From contig CAVPJD010000022.1 of the NCBI GenBank assembly GCA_963705165.1, forward strand, positions 1-35,949: a stretch of 35,949 nucleotides of DNA, read 5' to 3'. The position numbers and the translations under genes were made by a program. How positions within the stretch are numbered: position 1 is the first letter of the stretch; each line of letters begins with the position of its first letter. The notes below the pieces were generated by a model. That model did not search any database and had not been told where the DNA came from. It saw nothing but the letters and a program-made list of their open reading frames with translations. Shown here in pieces: positions 1 through 12,566 of this stretch. This stretch comes from an uncultured delta proteobacterium (GTDB lineage: Bacteria > Desulfobacterota > Syntrophia > Syntrophales > UBA2192).

Positions 1-1
1 T

Positions 2-487
2 GCCATTGTGAAGACGTCAGGCGGCATCCCGGTGGCCGTCATCAACCTGGCGGGCCGGATCTTCATGCACCCTGCCGACTGTCCCTTCCGGGTGGCGAAA
101 GCCCTCGTAGAGCAGCTGAGGCGCCAGACCCCGGTCATCCTCGTGGATATGCACGCCGAGGCCACCTCGGAAAAACAGGCCATGGGATGGTACCTGGACG
201 GGGAGGTCAGTGCCGTTTTCGGGACCCACACGCACGTTCAGACGGCCGACGAAATCATCCTGCCCGGCGGGACGGCTTACATGTCCGACGCGGGGATGAC
301 GGGCCCCCATAACTCCGTCATCGGGATCGAAAAGGAGATGATCATCGAGCGGTTCCTCACGGGGATGCCGTGCCGGTTCGAGGTCGCCCGGGGCGATGTG
401 CGCCTCCAGGGGGTTGTCGTGGGCGTGGACCCGCAGACCGGCAAGGCCCAGTCCGTCAAGCGGGTGAATCTGCGCTCGAAAGAATGA
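2..487 (+). CDS. ymdB: YmdB-like metallophosphoesterase (TIGR00282 family), 5'-truncated by the window edge
   Basis: Motifs [20 protein letters not shown] and GMTGP; the frame is open from the window start. Confidence 0.9.
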   Translation, partial: AIVKTSGGIPVAVINLAGRIFMHPADCPFRVAKALVEQLRRQTPVILVDMHAEATSEKQAMGWYLDGEVSAVFGTHTHVQTADEIILPGGTAYMSDAGMTGPHNSVIGIEKEMIIERFLTGMPCRFEVARGDVRLQGVVVGVDPQTGKAQSVKRVNLRSKE

Positions 488-573
488 GAAGGTGAGAGGG
501 TTGGAGGGTAAGAAGGTAAGAAAAGACTATACGGTTTTTTCTCACCTTCCCACCTTCTTCCCTTCACAACTTC
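488..573. repeat. Two-armed octamer tandem array (GAAGGTNA family), inverted
   Basis: Left arm GAAGGTGA GAGGGTTG GAGGGTAA GAAGGTAA (488-519); right arm TCACCTTC CCACCTTC TTCCCTTC ACAACTTC (542-573). Confidence 0.85.
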
Positions 574-596
574 TGCTTTGACTGAAGGAGCATGGG

Positions 597-1880
597 ATGA
601 AGAGCGTCTATGATGTGCTGGTGGAGAGGGGCTTCGTGGAGCAGGTCACCGATGAGGCCGAGGCCCGGCGGATTCTTGCCGGCGAGCCCGTGAGCTGCTA
701 CATCGGCTTCGACCCGACGGCCGCGAGCCTCCACGTCGGGAGTCTCGTTCCGATCATGTCGCTGGCCCACATGCAGCGAAACGGCCACCGGCCCATCGCG
801 CTGGTCGGCGGCGGGACGGCCATGATCGGCGATCCCAGCGGCAAGACGGAGATGCGCCAGGTCCTCTCGAAGGAAAAGATCGACGGCAACGCCGAGGCCC
901 TGAAGAGACAACTCTCGCAATACCTGGATTTCGGCGAAGGGAAGGCCCATCTGGTCAACAACGCCGACTGGCTTTTGCCCCTGAAATACATCGAATTCCT
1001 GCGCGACATCGGCCGCTTTTTCAGCGTGAACCGGATGCTCGCCGCCGAGTCCTACCGGATGCGCCTCGAGACAGGCCTGAACTTCATCGAATTCAACTAC
1101 ATGTTGCTGCAGGCCTACGATTTTCTTTATCTTTTTCAGAAGCAAGGCTGCCTCCTGCAGATGGGCGGAAACGACCAGTGGGGCAATATCGTGGCCGGAA
1201 TCGACCTGGTCCGCCGCGTCGAGGGCAAGCAGGCCTACGGCATCACCTTCCCGCTCATCACCACATCGCTGGGCACGAAGATGGGAAAGACCGAGAAAGG
1301 CACCGTGTGGCTTGACGGCATGCTCACCTCCCCCCACGAATACTACCAGTACTGGATCAATTCGACCGACGACGATGTGGAGCGCTTCATGGCCCTCTTC
1401 ACCTTCCTGCCCATCGAGGAGGTCCGGGAGGTTCGCAGGCTCAACGATGCCGATCGCAACAAGGCCAAGGCGGTTCTCGCCTTCGAGGCTACGAAGGTGA
1501 CCCACGGGGAAGAGGCGGCCGTGGGGGCCTGGCGGGCCGCATCGGCGGCCTTCGGGACGAAGCCCGTCGAGCCATCGCTCTTTCCCTCGAGCACGATCCC
1601 CCGCCAGAAGGCCGAAGCCGACGTGTCGTCCATCCCTGCCGTCGAGAGGCGCCGCGAGGACTTCCAGGACGGCATTCCCGCCTTCGAGCTCTTCCACGAG
1701 GCGGGGCTCTGCAAGTCCCGCGGCGAGGCCCGGCGCAACCTCGAGCAGGGCGGTGGCTACGTCAATGGCGAGCCGATAAAAACATTTGACGAACGGATCG
1801 GACTGTGTCATATAACGGCCGACGGTGAGATTCTGTTGAGAAAAGGCAAGAAGACGTACTTCCGCATTGTCGTACGCTAG
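597..1880 (+). CDS. tyrS: Tyrosine--tRNA ligase
   Basis: YIGFDPTAASLHVGS (HIGH-like), QMGGNDQWGNI, KMGKT and a C-terminal S4-like domain; SD GAAGGAG at 584-590. Confidence 0.97.
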   Translation: MKSVYDVLVERGFVEQVTDEAEARRILAGEPVSCYIGFDPTAASLHVGSLVPIMSLAHMQRNGHRPIALVGGGTAMIGDPSGKTEMRQVLSKEKIDGNAEALKRQLSQYLDFGEGKAHLVNNADWLLPLKYIEFLRDIGRFFSVNRMLAAESYRMRLETGLNFIEFNYMLLQAYDFLYLFQKQGCLLQMGGNDQWGNIVAGIDLVRRVEGKQAYGITFPLITTSLGTKMGKTEKGTVWLDGMLTSPHEYYQYWINSTDDDVERFMALFTFLPIEEVREVRRLNDADRNKAKAVLAFEATKVTHGEEAAVGAWRAASAAFGTKPVEPSLFPSSTIPRQKAEADVSSIPAVERRREDFQDGIPAFELFHEAGLCKSRGEARRNLEQGGGYVNGEPIKTFDERIGLCHITADGEILLRKGKKTYFRIVVR

Positions 1881-1917
1881 TCCCCGTTTCCACCCTGGGG
1901 GCAATCTCACAAGCCCA

Positions 1918-1968
1918 ATTGAAAAATTTGAAATTTTTACTTGACATATGTATTGAGTCAAGTATAAT
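1918..1968 (+). promoter_or_regulatory. rRNA operon promoter P1 (sigma-70) with AT-rich UP element
   Basis: TTGACA 1941-1946, 16-nt spacer, TATAAT 1963-1968; A/T tract 1918-1940. Confidence 0.85.
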
Positions 1969-2015
1969 GACTTCTTTCGGTGACGAAACGGTTTGTTTTT
2001 CCGTCGAAAAAGTTC

Positions 2016-2044
2016 TTGACAAGAGAAGGCCTTTGAATTAAACG
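2016..2044 (+). promoter_or_regulatory. Possible rRNA promoter P2
   Basis: TTGACA at 2016-2021, but only a weak -10 (TTAAAC/TAAACG) at 16-17 nt spacing. Confidence 0.4.
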
Positions 2045-2061
2045 AATAGGCTCTTTTCAAC

Positions 2062-2103
2062 GGTCTTTGACAATTGAATACAGGGATGGATGTTTTTCTG
2101 GGT
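2062..2103 (+). promoter_or_regulatory. Leader boxA antiterminator and 5' strand of the 16S processing stem
   Basis: GGTCTTTGACAA resembles boxA; 2067-2102 is largely complementary to 3781-3812 in the ITS. Confidence 0.75.
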
Positions 2104-2154
2104 CCGCTTTGAGTTGTTTGATTTATTTGATTTGATCAAAATCATCTAGTATAA

Positions 2155-3724
<1,570 letters not shown>

Positions 3725-3828
3725 TAAGGAGTCATCAACCGGTACATTACCATCGTGCCGGTCTGACATCCCGGGTCAATCCCGGAAACATCCTCCCTGA
3801 TTCAATTGACAAGCCTGGTACGTGGAAA

Positions 3829-3905
<77 letters not shown>

Positions 3906-3939
3906 GGTATCAGCTTGCCAGAGGCGGTCGATTCCTGTC

Positions 3940-4015
3940 GGGGGTGTAGCTCAGTTGGGAGAGCGCCTGCCTTGCACGCAGGAGGTCATCGGTTCGAGCC
4001 CGTTCACCTCCACCA
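3940..4015 (+). tRNA. tRNA-Ala(TGC)
   Basis: GGGGGTG...CACCTCC-ACCA with the G3.U70 pair; anticodon loop TTGCAC. Confidence 0.97.
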
Positions 4016-4098
4016 TTTCTCCCGGCCTATAAGGTATTGCTGATTGCTCGTGTTCGGCACGAGAAATCGGTCATGGGTTATAGGCCCTGATTTTTCTC

Positions 4099-4154
4099 GA
4101 TCTTTGACAATTGCATATTGTGAATGTCTCTTAAACGCTGAGCGAGAAGTATAT
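4099..4154 (+). promoter_or_regulatory. Spacer boxA and 5' strand of the 23S processing stem
   Basis: GATCTTTGACAA repeats the leader boxA; 4111-4154 is largely complementary to about 7189-7229. Confidence 0.75.
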
Positions 4155-4160
4155 ATTTAT

Positions 4161-7181
<3,021 letters not shown>

Positions 7182-7251
7182 TAATTTAATATAATTTCTC
7201 AGCGTTTTACAGACATTCACAGTATGCGATTTGACAACAACCGAATACAAG

Positions 7252-7368
<117 letters not shown>

Positions 7369-7380
7369 CTTAAAAAATGA

Positions 7381-7414
7381 AAAACCCCTTCTTGGAAACG
7401 AGAAGGGGTTTTTT
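7381..7414 (+). terminator. Intrinsic terminator of the rRNA operon
   Basis: AAAACCCCTTCT/AGAAGGGGTTTT stem followed by a T tract. Confidence 0.9.
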
Positions 7415-7479
7415 GTGTTGACACGATTCGTGCCTGTGATATTTAGCTTTTGATTCAAACAATTTGGGGAGATTCCGTC

Positions 7480-8229
7480 ATGTCCGGACATTCGAAGTGG
7501 AGCACCATCAAGCGAAAGAAAGGCGCCCTCGATGCAAAGAAGGGGAAGATCTTCACGAGGATTGCCAAGGAAATCAGCCTTGCGGCGAGGCTCGGCGGGA
7601 GCGACCCGGAAGGCAACTCCCGCCTGAGGCAGGCGATCCTGGCGGCCAAGGCCGAGAACATGCCCAAGGACAACATCGACCGGGCCATCAAAAAAGGGTC
7701 CGGCGACCTCGACGGCGGCGTCCAGTATGAGGAGATCACCTACGAGGGCTACGGGCCCGGCGGCGTGGCGGTTCTCGTGGAGGTCATGACGGACAACCGC
7801 AACCGGACCGTGGCCGAAATCCGGCACATCTTCTCCAAGTACGGCGGAAACCTGGCGGAAAACGGCGCCGTCTCCTGGATCTTTGCGAAGAAAGGCAGTA
7901 TTCTCATCGAGAAAAAGGGCGTGAGCGAGGACTCCCTCATGGAGCTGGCCCTCGATGCCGGCGCCGAGGACGTGAGGGAGGAGGAGAGCGAGTTCGAGGT
8001 CATCACCGATCCCGCATCCTTCGAAGCGGTCAAGAAGGCCGTTGACGGGGCGGGGATCAAGTGCATCGAGGCAAAGGTCAGCCTGATTCCCTCGAACACG
8101 GTTGAGCTTGGCGAGGCAAAAGCGGCCTCCATGCTCAAGCTCATGGAGAGGATGGAGGACAACGACGACGTCCAGAACGTGTATGCGAACTTTGATATTC
8201 CTGACGCGATTATGGAAAAGTTAAGTTAA
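7480..8229 (+). CDS. yebC: YebC/PmpR family protein
   Basis: Starts [11 protein letters not shown], contains YEGYGPGG and ends DDVQNVYAN; typical position before ruvC. Confidence 0.96.
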   Translation: MSGHSKWSTIKRKKGALDAKKGKIFTRIAKEISLAARLGGSDPEGNSRLRQAILAAKAENMPKDNIDRAIKKGSGDLDGGVQYEEITYEGYGPGGVAVLVEVMTDNRNRTVAEIRHIFSKYGGNLAENGAVSWIFAKKGSILIEKKGVSEDSLMELALDAGAEDVREEESEFEVITDPASFEAVKKAVDGAGIKCIEAKVSLIPSNTVELGEAKAASMLKLMERMEDNDDVQNVYANFDIPDAIMEKLS

Positions 8230-8252
8230 GGCTACAGGCTACAGGCTGCAGG
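8229..8252 (+). repeat. Single-arm heptamer tandem array
   Basis: AGGCTAC AGGCTAC AGGCTGC AGG, starting in the yebC stop codon. Confidence 0.75.
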
Positions 8253-8269
8253 AAGAGAAAGAAGGAATT

Positions 8270-8749
8270 TTGAGAACGCTGGGCATTGATCCGGGGAGCC
8301 GCGTGACGGGGTACGGCATCGTCGAGCAGGCGGGCGGCCGGATTGTCCGGGTGGATCACGGCGAGATCCGGATCAAGAAGGGCGAGCCCTTCACCCGGTG
8401 CCTCTCCCGGATCTTCGACGAGTTGAACGAAGTCATCGGCAGGACAAAACCGGATGCCGTGGCCATCGAGGACATCTTCTACGGCAAGAACGTGAAGAGC
8501 CTCATCAAGCAGGGGCACGTGCGGGGCGTGGCACTTCTTGCCGCCTCTCGAAGCGGGCTGCCGGTCCATGAATACTCACCGCTCGAAGTCAAGAAGGCCG
8601 TCGTAGGCTACGGTCGGGCCGAGAAGCAACAGGTACAGGTGATGGTGCAGGCAATCCTGAAGCTGGGCGAAATCCTCCCCGAGGATGCCTCCGATGCCCT
8701 CGCCGTTGCCATCTGCCACACGAATACGAAGAAAGAAGCCGTTTTGTGA
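8270..8749 (+). CDS. ruvC: Holliday junction resolvase RuvC (TTG start)
   Basis: LGIDPG, AIEDIF, VKKAVVGYGRAEK and DASDALAVA motifs. Confidence 0.96.
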   Translation: MRTLGIDPGSRVTGYGIVEQAGGRIVRVDHGEIRIKKGEPFTRCLSRIFDELNEVIGRTKPDAVAIEDIFYGKNVKSLIKQGHVRGVALLAASRSGLPVHEYSPLEVKKAVVGYGRAEKQQVQVMVQAILKLGEILPEDASDALAVAICHTNTKKEAVL

Positions 8750-8759
8750 CGGCTTTTTT
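8736..8759 (+). terminator. Putative intrinsic terminator overlapping the ruvC stop
   Basis: AAGCCGT/ACGGCTT stem with a T6 tract. Confidence 0.55.
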
Positions 8760-8763
8760 CAGA

Positions 8764-8838
8764 TGAAAGGCTAAAGGCGAAAGGTCATACGGAAAAATAA
8801 AATTCCTATTACCCTGAACCCTGGACCCTGAACCCAGA
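8764..8838. repeat. Two-armed heptamer array with non-matching arms
   Basis: TGAAAGG CTAAAGG CGAAAGG (8764-8784); ACCCTGA ACCCTGG ACCCTGA ACCCAGA (8811-8838). Confidence 0.75.
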
Positions 8839-8850
8839 CCGAAGGTCTCA

Positions 8851-9453
8851 ATGATCGCCAGTCTACAAGGCATACTGTCATTCAAATCCCCGGGCCACAT
8901 CACCGTTGAGGTCAACGGGATCGGCTACCGGGTCTTCATTCCCCTTTCCACTTTTTACGAGCTGGCCGATGAAGGATCGTCCGTTTCCCTGAATATCTTC
9001 ACAGCCGTCAGGGAGGACGCCATCCACCTCTATGGGTTCAGGACCCCCGAAGAGAAAAAGCTCTTCGAGCTTCTTCTGTCCGTCAACGGCATCGGGCCGA
9101 AGCTGGCCATCAATCTGCTCTCGGGGATCTCCTCGGCCGATTTCATCCGGGCCGTCTTCACGGAAGACCGACAGACCCTGACAAAGATTCCCGGCGTGGG
9201 AAAGAAGATGGCCGACCGGATCATCCTGGAGCTGCGTGACCGGGTCATCAAGCTGGCGCCGGAGGAAGCCCGGGAAGAGGTGAAGGCGGAGAGCACCCTC
9301 GATGCCATCCGCGAGGATGCCCTTTCGGCCCTGGTGAATCTCGGGTACAAAAAAAGTTTTGCCCGTACCATTCTCGACAAGATCATCGACGGGTCTTCGC
9401 AGCAATGGAGCCTTGAGGAACTTTTGAAGGAAGCCCTGAAGCACCTGTCGTGA
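8851..9453 (+). CDS. ruvA: Holliday junction branch migration protein RuvA
   Basis: VREDAIHLYGF, SVNGIGPK, IPGVGKK and ALVNLGY motifs. Confidence 0.96.
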   Translation: MIASLQGILSFKSPGHITVEVNGIGYRVFIPLSTFYELADEGSSVSLNIFTAVREDAIHLYGFRTPEEKKLFELLLSVNGIGPKLAINLLSGISSADFIRAVFTEDRQTLTKIPGVGKKMADRIILELRDRVIKLAPEEAREEVKAESTLDAIREDALSALVNLGYKKSFARTILDKIIDGSSQQWSLEELLKEALKHLS

Positions 9454-9533
9454 ACGGGACATTGCATAGGGGCCGCGAAACAATTTTCCCGGCTCAAACG
9501 CGCGCTGCATAAAAAGTTAGGACGTCGGTAACC

Positions 9534-10565
9534 ATGGGGAAAACGGACGAAAGAAACACCCTGGTGGATCCTGAGAATCTCGAACAAGAACGCGAGGAGG
9601 AAGGGTCTCTCCGGCCGCGGACGCTGACCGAATATGTCGGGCAGGAGCGCGTGAAGGAAAGCCTCGCCGTCTTCATCGAGGCGGCCAGAAAGCGCGGGGA
9701 AGCCCTCGACCACGTCCTGCTCTCCGGCCCTCCCGGCCTCGGCAAGACGACGCTGGCCTACATCCTGTCCCGGGAGATGGGCGTCAGCATCAAGGTGACC
9801 TCCGGCCCCGTCATCGAGCGGCAGGGCGATCTTGCCGCGATCCTCACGAACCTCCAGGAGCACGACGTCCTGTTCATCGACGAGATTCACCGTCTTCCCA
9901 ATGTGGTGGAGGAGATCCTCTACCCGGCCATGGAGGACTACCACCTCGATATCCTTGTCGGGCAGGGCCCATCGGCACGCTCCATGAAGCTCAACATCCC
10001 CCGTTTCACCCTCGTGGGGGCCACGACCCGTGCGGGACTTCTCACCTCGCCGCTGCGGGACCGTTTTGGAATGAGCTTTCGCCTCGAGTTCTACAACCCG
10101 GAGGAGTTGGCCACCATCGTGCGCCGGTCTTCGAAAATCCTCAACATCCAGGTGGACGACGACGGGGCCGTGGAGATCGCCCGGCGCTCGCGCGGGACGC
10201 CCCGGATCGCAAACCGGCTGCTCAGGCGCGTGCGGGACTACGCGGAGGTCCGGGCCGACGGCATCGTCACGAGGGACGTGGCGGCCAGGGCTCTTGAGTT
10301 TCTCGAGGTGGATCACAGGGGTTTCGACCCCATGGACCGCAAGCTTCTTCTGCTTCTCATCGACAAGTTCAACGGCGGCCCCGTGGGCATCGACAGCCTG
10401 TCCTCGTCCCTCGGCGAGGAGCGCAACACCATCGAGGACGTCTACGAGCCCTTTCTGGTGCAGGAGGGCTACATCGTCAGGACTGCCCGCGGGAGGGTGG
10501 CCACGAAGGACGCCTACGAGCACTTCGGAAGGGCGTGGGTGGGAAATCAGAAAGAGTTATTCTAG
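9534..10565 (+). CDS. ruvB: Holliday junction helicase RuvB
   Basis: [23 protein letters not shown] and [11 protein letters not shown] motifs. Confidence 0.98.
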   Translation: MGKTDERNTLVDPENLEQEREEEGSLRPRTLTEYVGQERVKESLAVFIEAARKRGEALDHVLLSGPPGLGKTTLAYILSREMGVSIKVTSGPVIERQGDLAAILTNLQEHDVLFIDEIHRLPNVVEEILYPAMEDYHLDILVGQGPSARSMKLNIPRFTLVGATTRAGLLTSPLRDRFGMSFRLEFYNPEELATIVRRSSKILNIQVDDDGAVEIARRSRGTPRIANRLLRRVRDYAEVRADGIVTRDVAARALEFLEVDHRGFDPMDRKLLLLLIDKFNGGPVGIDSLSSSLGEERNTIEDVYEPFLVQEGYIVRTARGRVATKDAYEHFGRAWVGNQKELF

Positions 10566-10637
10566 GAATGATGGAGTAATGGAGTAATGGAATGATGGGT
10601 CCTCAAGAAACCCATTATTCCAATATTCCAGTATTCC
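10565..10637. repeat. Two-armed octamer tandem array (GGARTRAT family), inverted
   Basis: GGAATGAT GGAGTAAT GGAGTAAT GGAATGAT GGG (10565-10599); CCC ATTATTCC AATATTCC AGTATTCC (10611-10637). Confidence 0.85.
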
Positions 10638-10689
10638 AAGACACCCGGCTGCCGATACCTTTCCTGCCTCCGGGTTGAGATTGCCAAGG

Positions 10690-11223
10690 ATGAAGCTCCT
10701 TCTTCACATCTGCTGTGCGCCGTGCACCATCTATCCCCTCGAGATTCTTCGAAAGGAAGCGAGACAGGTTAAGGGGCTGTTTTTCAACCCGAACATCCAT
10801 CCCTACCTCGAGTACAAGAAGCGCCTCGACACGGTGCATGAGTACGCGGCCCGGGAAGGCCTCGAGGTCGCCGTGGCCGAAGGTTATCCCATAGAGGAAT
10901 TCCTCCTGAAGACGGCTGCCCTGGGGAAGGACCGCTGCAGCTACTGCTACGAGGTGAGGCTCCGGCACACGGCCGAGCAGGCCCGCAAGGGGCTCTTCGA
11001 CGCCTTCACGACGACTCTGCTCTACAGCCGCTACCAGAAGCACGAACTGATCCGCGAAACCGGGAAGAGAATCGCCCGTGAAATGGAAGTGCCTTTCTTT
11101 TACAGGGACTTCCGTGACGGATGGGATGAGGGGAATCGGCGTTCCAGGGAGATTGGGATGTACCGGCAGAAATACTGCGGATGCATATACAGCGAGAAAG
11201 AAAGGTTTTTTAAAAGTCAGTAA
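10690..11223 (+). CDS. queH: Epoxyqueuosine reductase QueH (DUF208)
   Basis: LLLHICCAPC, FNPNIHP, RCSYCY and YRQKYCGCIYS motifs. Confidence 0.9.
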   Translation: MKLLLHICCAPCTIYPLEILRKEARQVKGLFFNPNIHPYLEYKKRLDTVHEYAAREGLEVAVAEGYPIEEFLLKTAALGKDRCSYCYEVRLRHTAEQARKGLFDAFTTTLLYSRYQKHELIRETGKRIAREMEVPFFYRDFRDGWDEGNRRSREIGMYRQKYCGCIYSEKERFFKSQ

Positions 11224-11237
11224 CTACCGGCAGAGGC

Positions 11238-11365
11238 GTTGCAGACCTCCAAGCCTTTTAAGGCAAGTGTGGCTTTGTTGCAACAGCCAAGCCTTTCCGT
11301 TGCCTTGGTTGCATCATGAATCCACAGGTCGTAATGTATATATAATGAATTATATCAATGACATA
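11238..11365 (+). promoter_or_regulatory. Candidate upstream activator sites and IHF site for the lpxC promoter
   Basis: GTTGC at 11238, 11277, 11299 and 11308; direct repeat GTTGCA..CCAAGCCTTT twice; TATCAATGACATA (11353-11365) is one mismatch from the IHF consensus WATCAANNNNTTR. Confidence 0.5.
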
Positions 11366-11401
11366 AATATATTTTCGGCACCTCCTTCCCCGTCCTTCCT
11401 C

Positions 11402-11417
11402 TGGCATACCGCTTGCT
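11402..11417 (+). promoter_or_regulatory. Sigma-54 (-24/-12) promoter of lpxC
   Basis: TGGCATACCGCTTGCT: GG 11403-04 and GC 11415-16 separated by 10 nt. Confidence 0.8.
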
Positions 11418-11451
11418 CATAGCTAAACCACCTTCGTTGTTAGGACATGAA

Positions 11452-12378
11452 ATGTACTGGCAGAAAACCCTTAAAGAAGAAATTAATTTGCGGAGCGTCG
11501 GGCTTCATTCCGGCAGGAAGGTCGGCATGACCATCAGGCCGGCCGAGGCGGACACGGGGATCGTGTTCATTCGGAAGGATGTGCCGACAGACAACCGGAT
11601 CGCTGCCGATATACAGAATGTCACCGACACGACACTGGCCACCACCCTGGGCGTGAACGGCACGCGTGTTCACACGGTGGAACATCTCCTCTCCGCCTTC
11701 AGGGGCCTCGGCGTCGACAATGCGGTTGTGGAAGTGGACACCTTTGAAGTTCCCATCATGGATGGCAGCTCCCAGCCCTTCGTGAGCATACTGAAGAGGG
11801 TGGGCCTCAAGACGCTGAAGAAACCCCGCAGATACCTGCGGATCAAGAAGGCCGTTTCGGTTTCCGAAGGCGAAAGCATGGCGGCCCTTGAGCCTGCTTC
11901 GGATTTCCGGATTACCTATAAAATCGATTTTCCCCACCCCGCAGTGGGCACTCAAACATACCACATGGTCTTCTCTCCCGATGCCTATGACAAGGAAATC
12001 AGTTCGGCCCGGACGTTCGGCTTCCTGAGGGATGTGGAGTACCTCCAGGCCAAGGGGCTTGCCCTCGGGGGATCGCTGCAGAACGCCGTCGTCCTCGATG
12101 ACGAAAAGGTGATCAACAAGGAAGGCCTTCGCTCTCCCGATGAGTTCGTGAAGCACAAGATCCTGGATGCCATCGGGGATCTCTACCTCATCGGCATGCC
12201 GATCATCGGCCACTTCACCGCCTACAAGTCGGGGCACAAGCTGAACACCCAGCTCCTGAAAGCGCTGCTTGCCAGCGAAGAGAGCTGGGAAATCGTCTCC
12301 CACCCCCATCCCCCCGCCCGGGCTGAATCCCGCGAGGAGGGCGTGCCCGAGCTGCAGGTCGCCGCGGCAACAACCTGA
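11452..12378 (+). CDS. lpxC: UDP-3-O-acyl-N-acetylglucosamine deacetylase
   Basis: GLHSG, TVEHLLSA, ARTFGF, HKILDAIGDL and SGHKLN motifs. Confidence 0.97.
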   Translation: MYWQKTLKEEINLRSVGLHSGRKVGMTIRPAEADTGIVFIRKDVPTDNRIAADIQNVTDTTLATTLGVNGTRVHTVEHLLSAFRGLGVDNAVVEVDTFEVPIMDGSSQPFVSILKRVGLKTLKKPRRYLRIKKAVSVSEGESMAALEPASDFRITYKIDFPHPAVGTQTYHMVFSPDAYDKEISSARTFGFLRDVEYLQAKGLALGGSLQNAVVLDDEKVINKEGLRSPDEFVKHKILDAIGDLYLIGMPIIGHFTAYKSGHKLNTQLLKALLASEESWEIVSHPHPPARAESREEGVPELQVAAATT

Positions 12379-12390
12379 TCCTGAAATCAT

Positions 12391-12480
12391 TGGCTTGTGG
12401 CGAAAGGCCCATGGCAAAAGGTCATGGGATATAAACATTCTTCCTTGAAAATTGCCCTAAGCCTTAACCCCTTTGCCCCC
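12391..12480. repeat. Degenerate two-armed heptamer array
   Basis: GG recurs every 7 nt over 12392-12427 and CC every 7 nt over 12455-12477. Confidence 0.5.
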
Positions 12481-12566
12481 TTTAATTGCCCTTTACAATT
12501 CCCTGAGTTAAATGTATTTGCCTGGAGGGGCGACCGGGCTGACCGGGCGATCTCCGAAGCGCATTT

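Noticed and set aside
592..600. Two-codon ORF ATG-GGA-TGA overlapping the tyrS start
   Set aside because: Only 1 nt from the SD, which is properly spaced for ATG 597
7418..7446. Promoter for yebC overlapping the end of the rRNA terminator
   Set aside because: TTGACA is present but the -10 (TATTTA) is too weak to call
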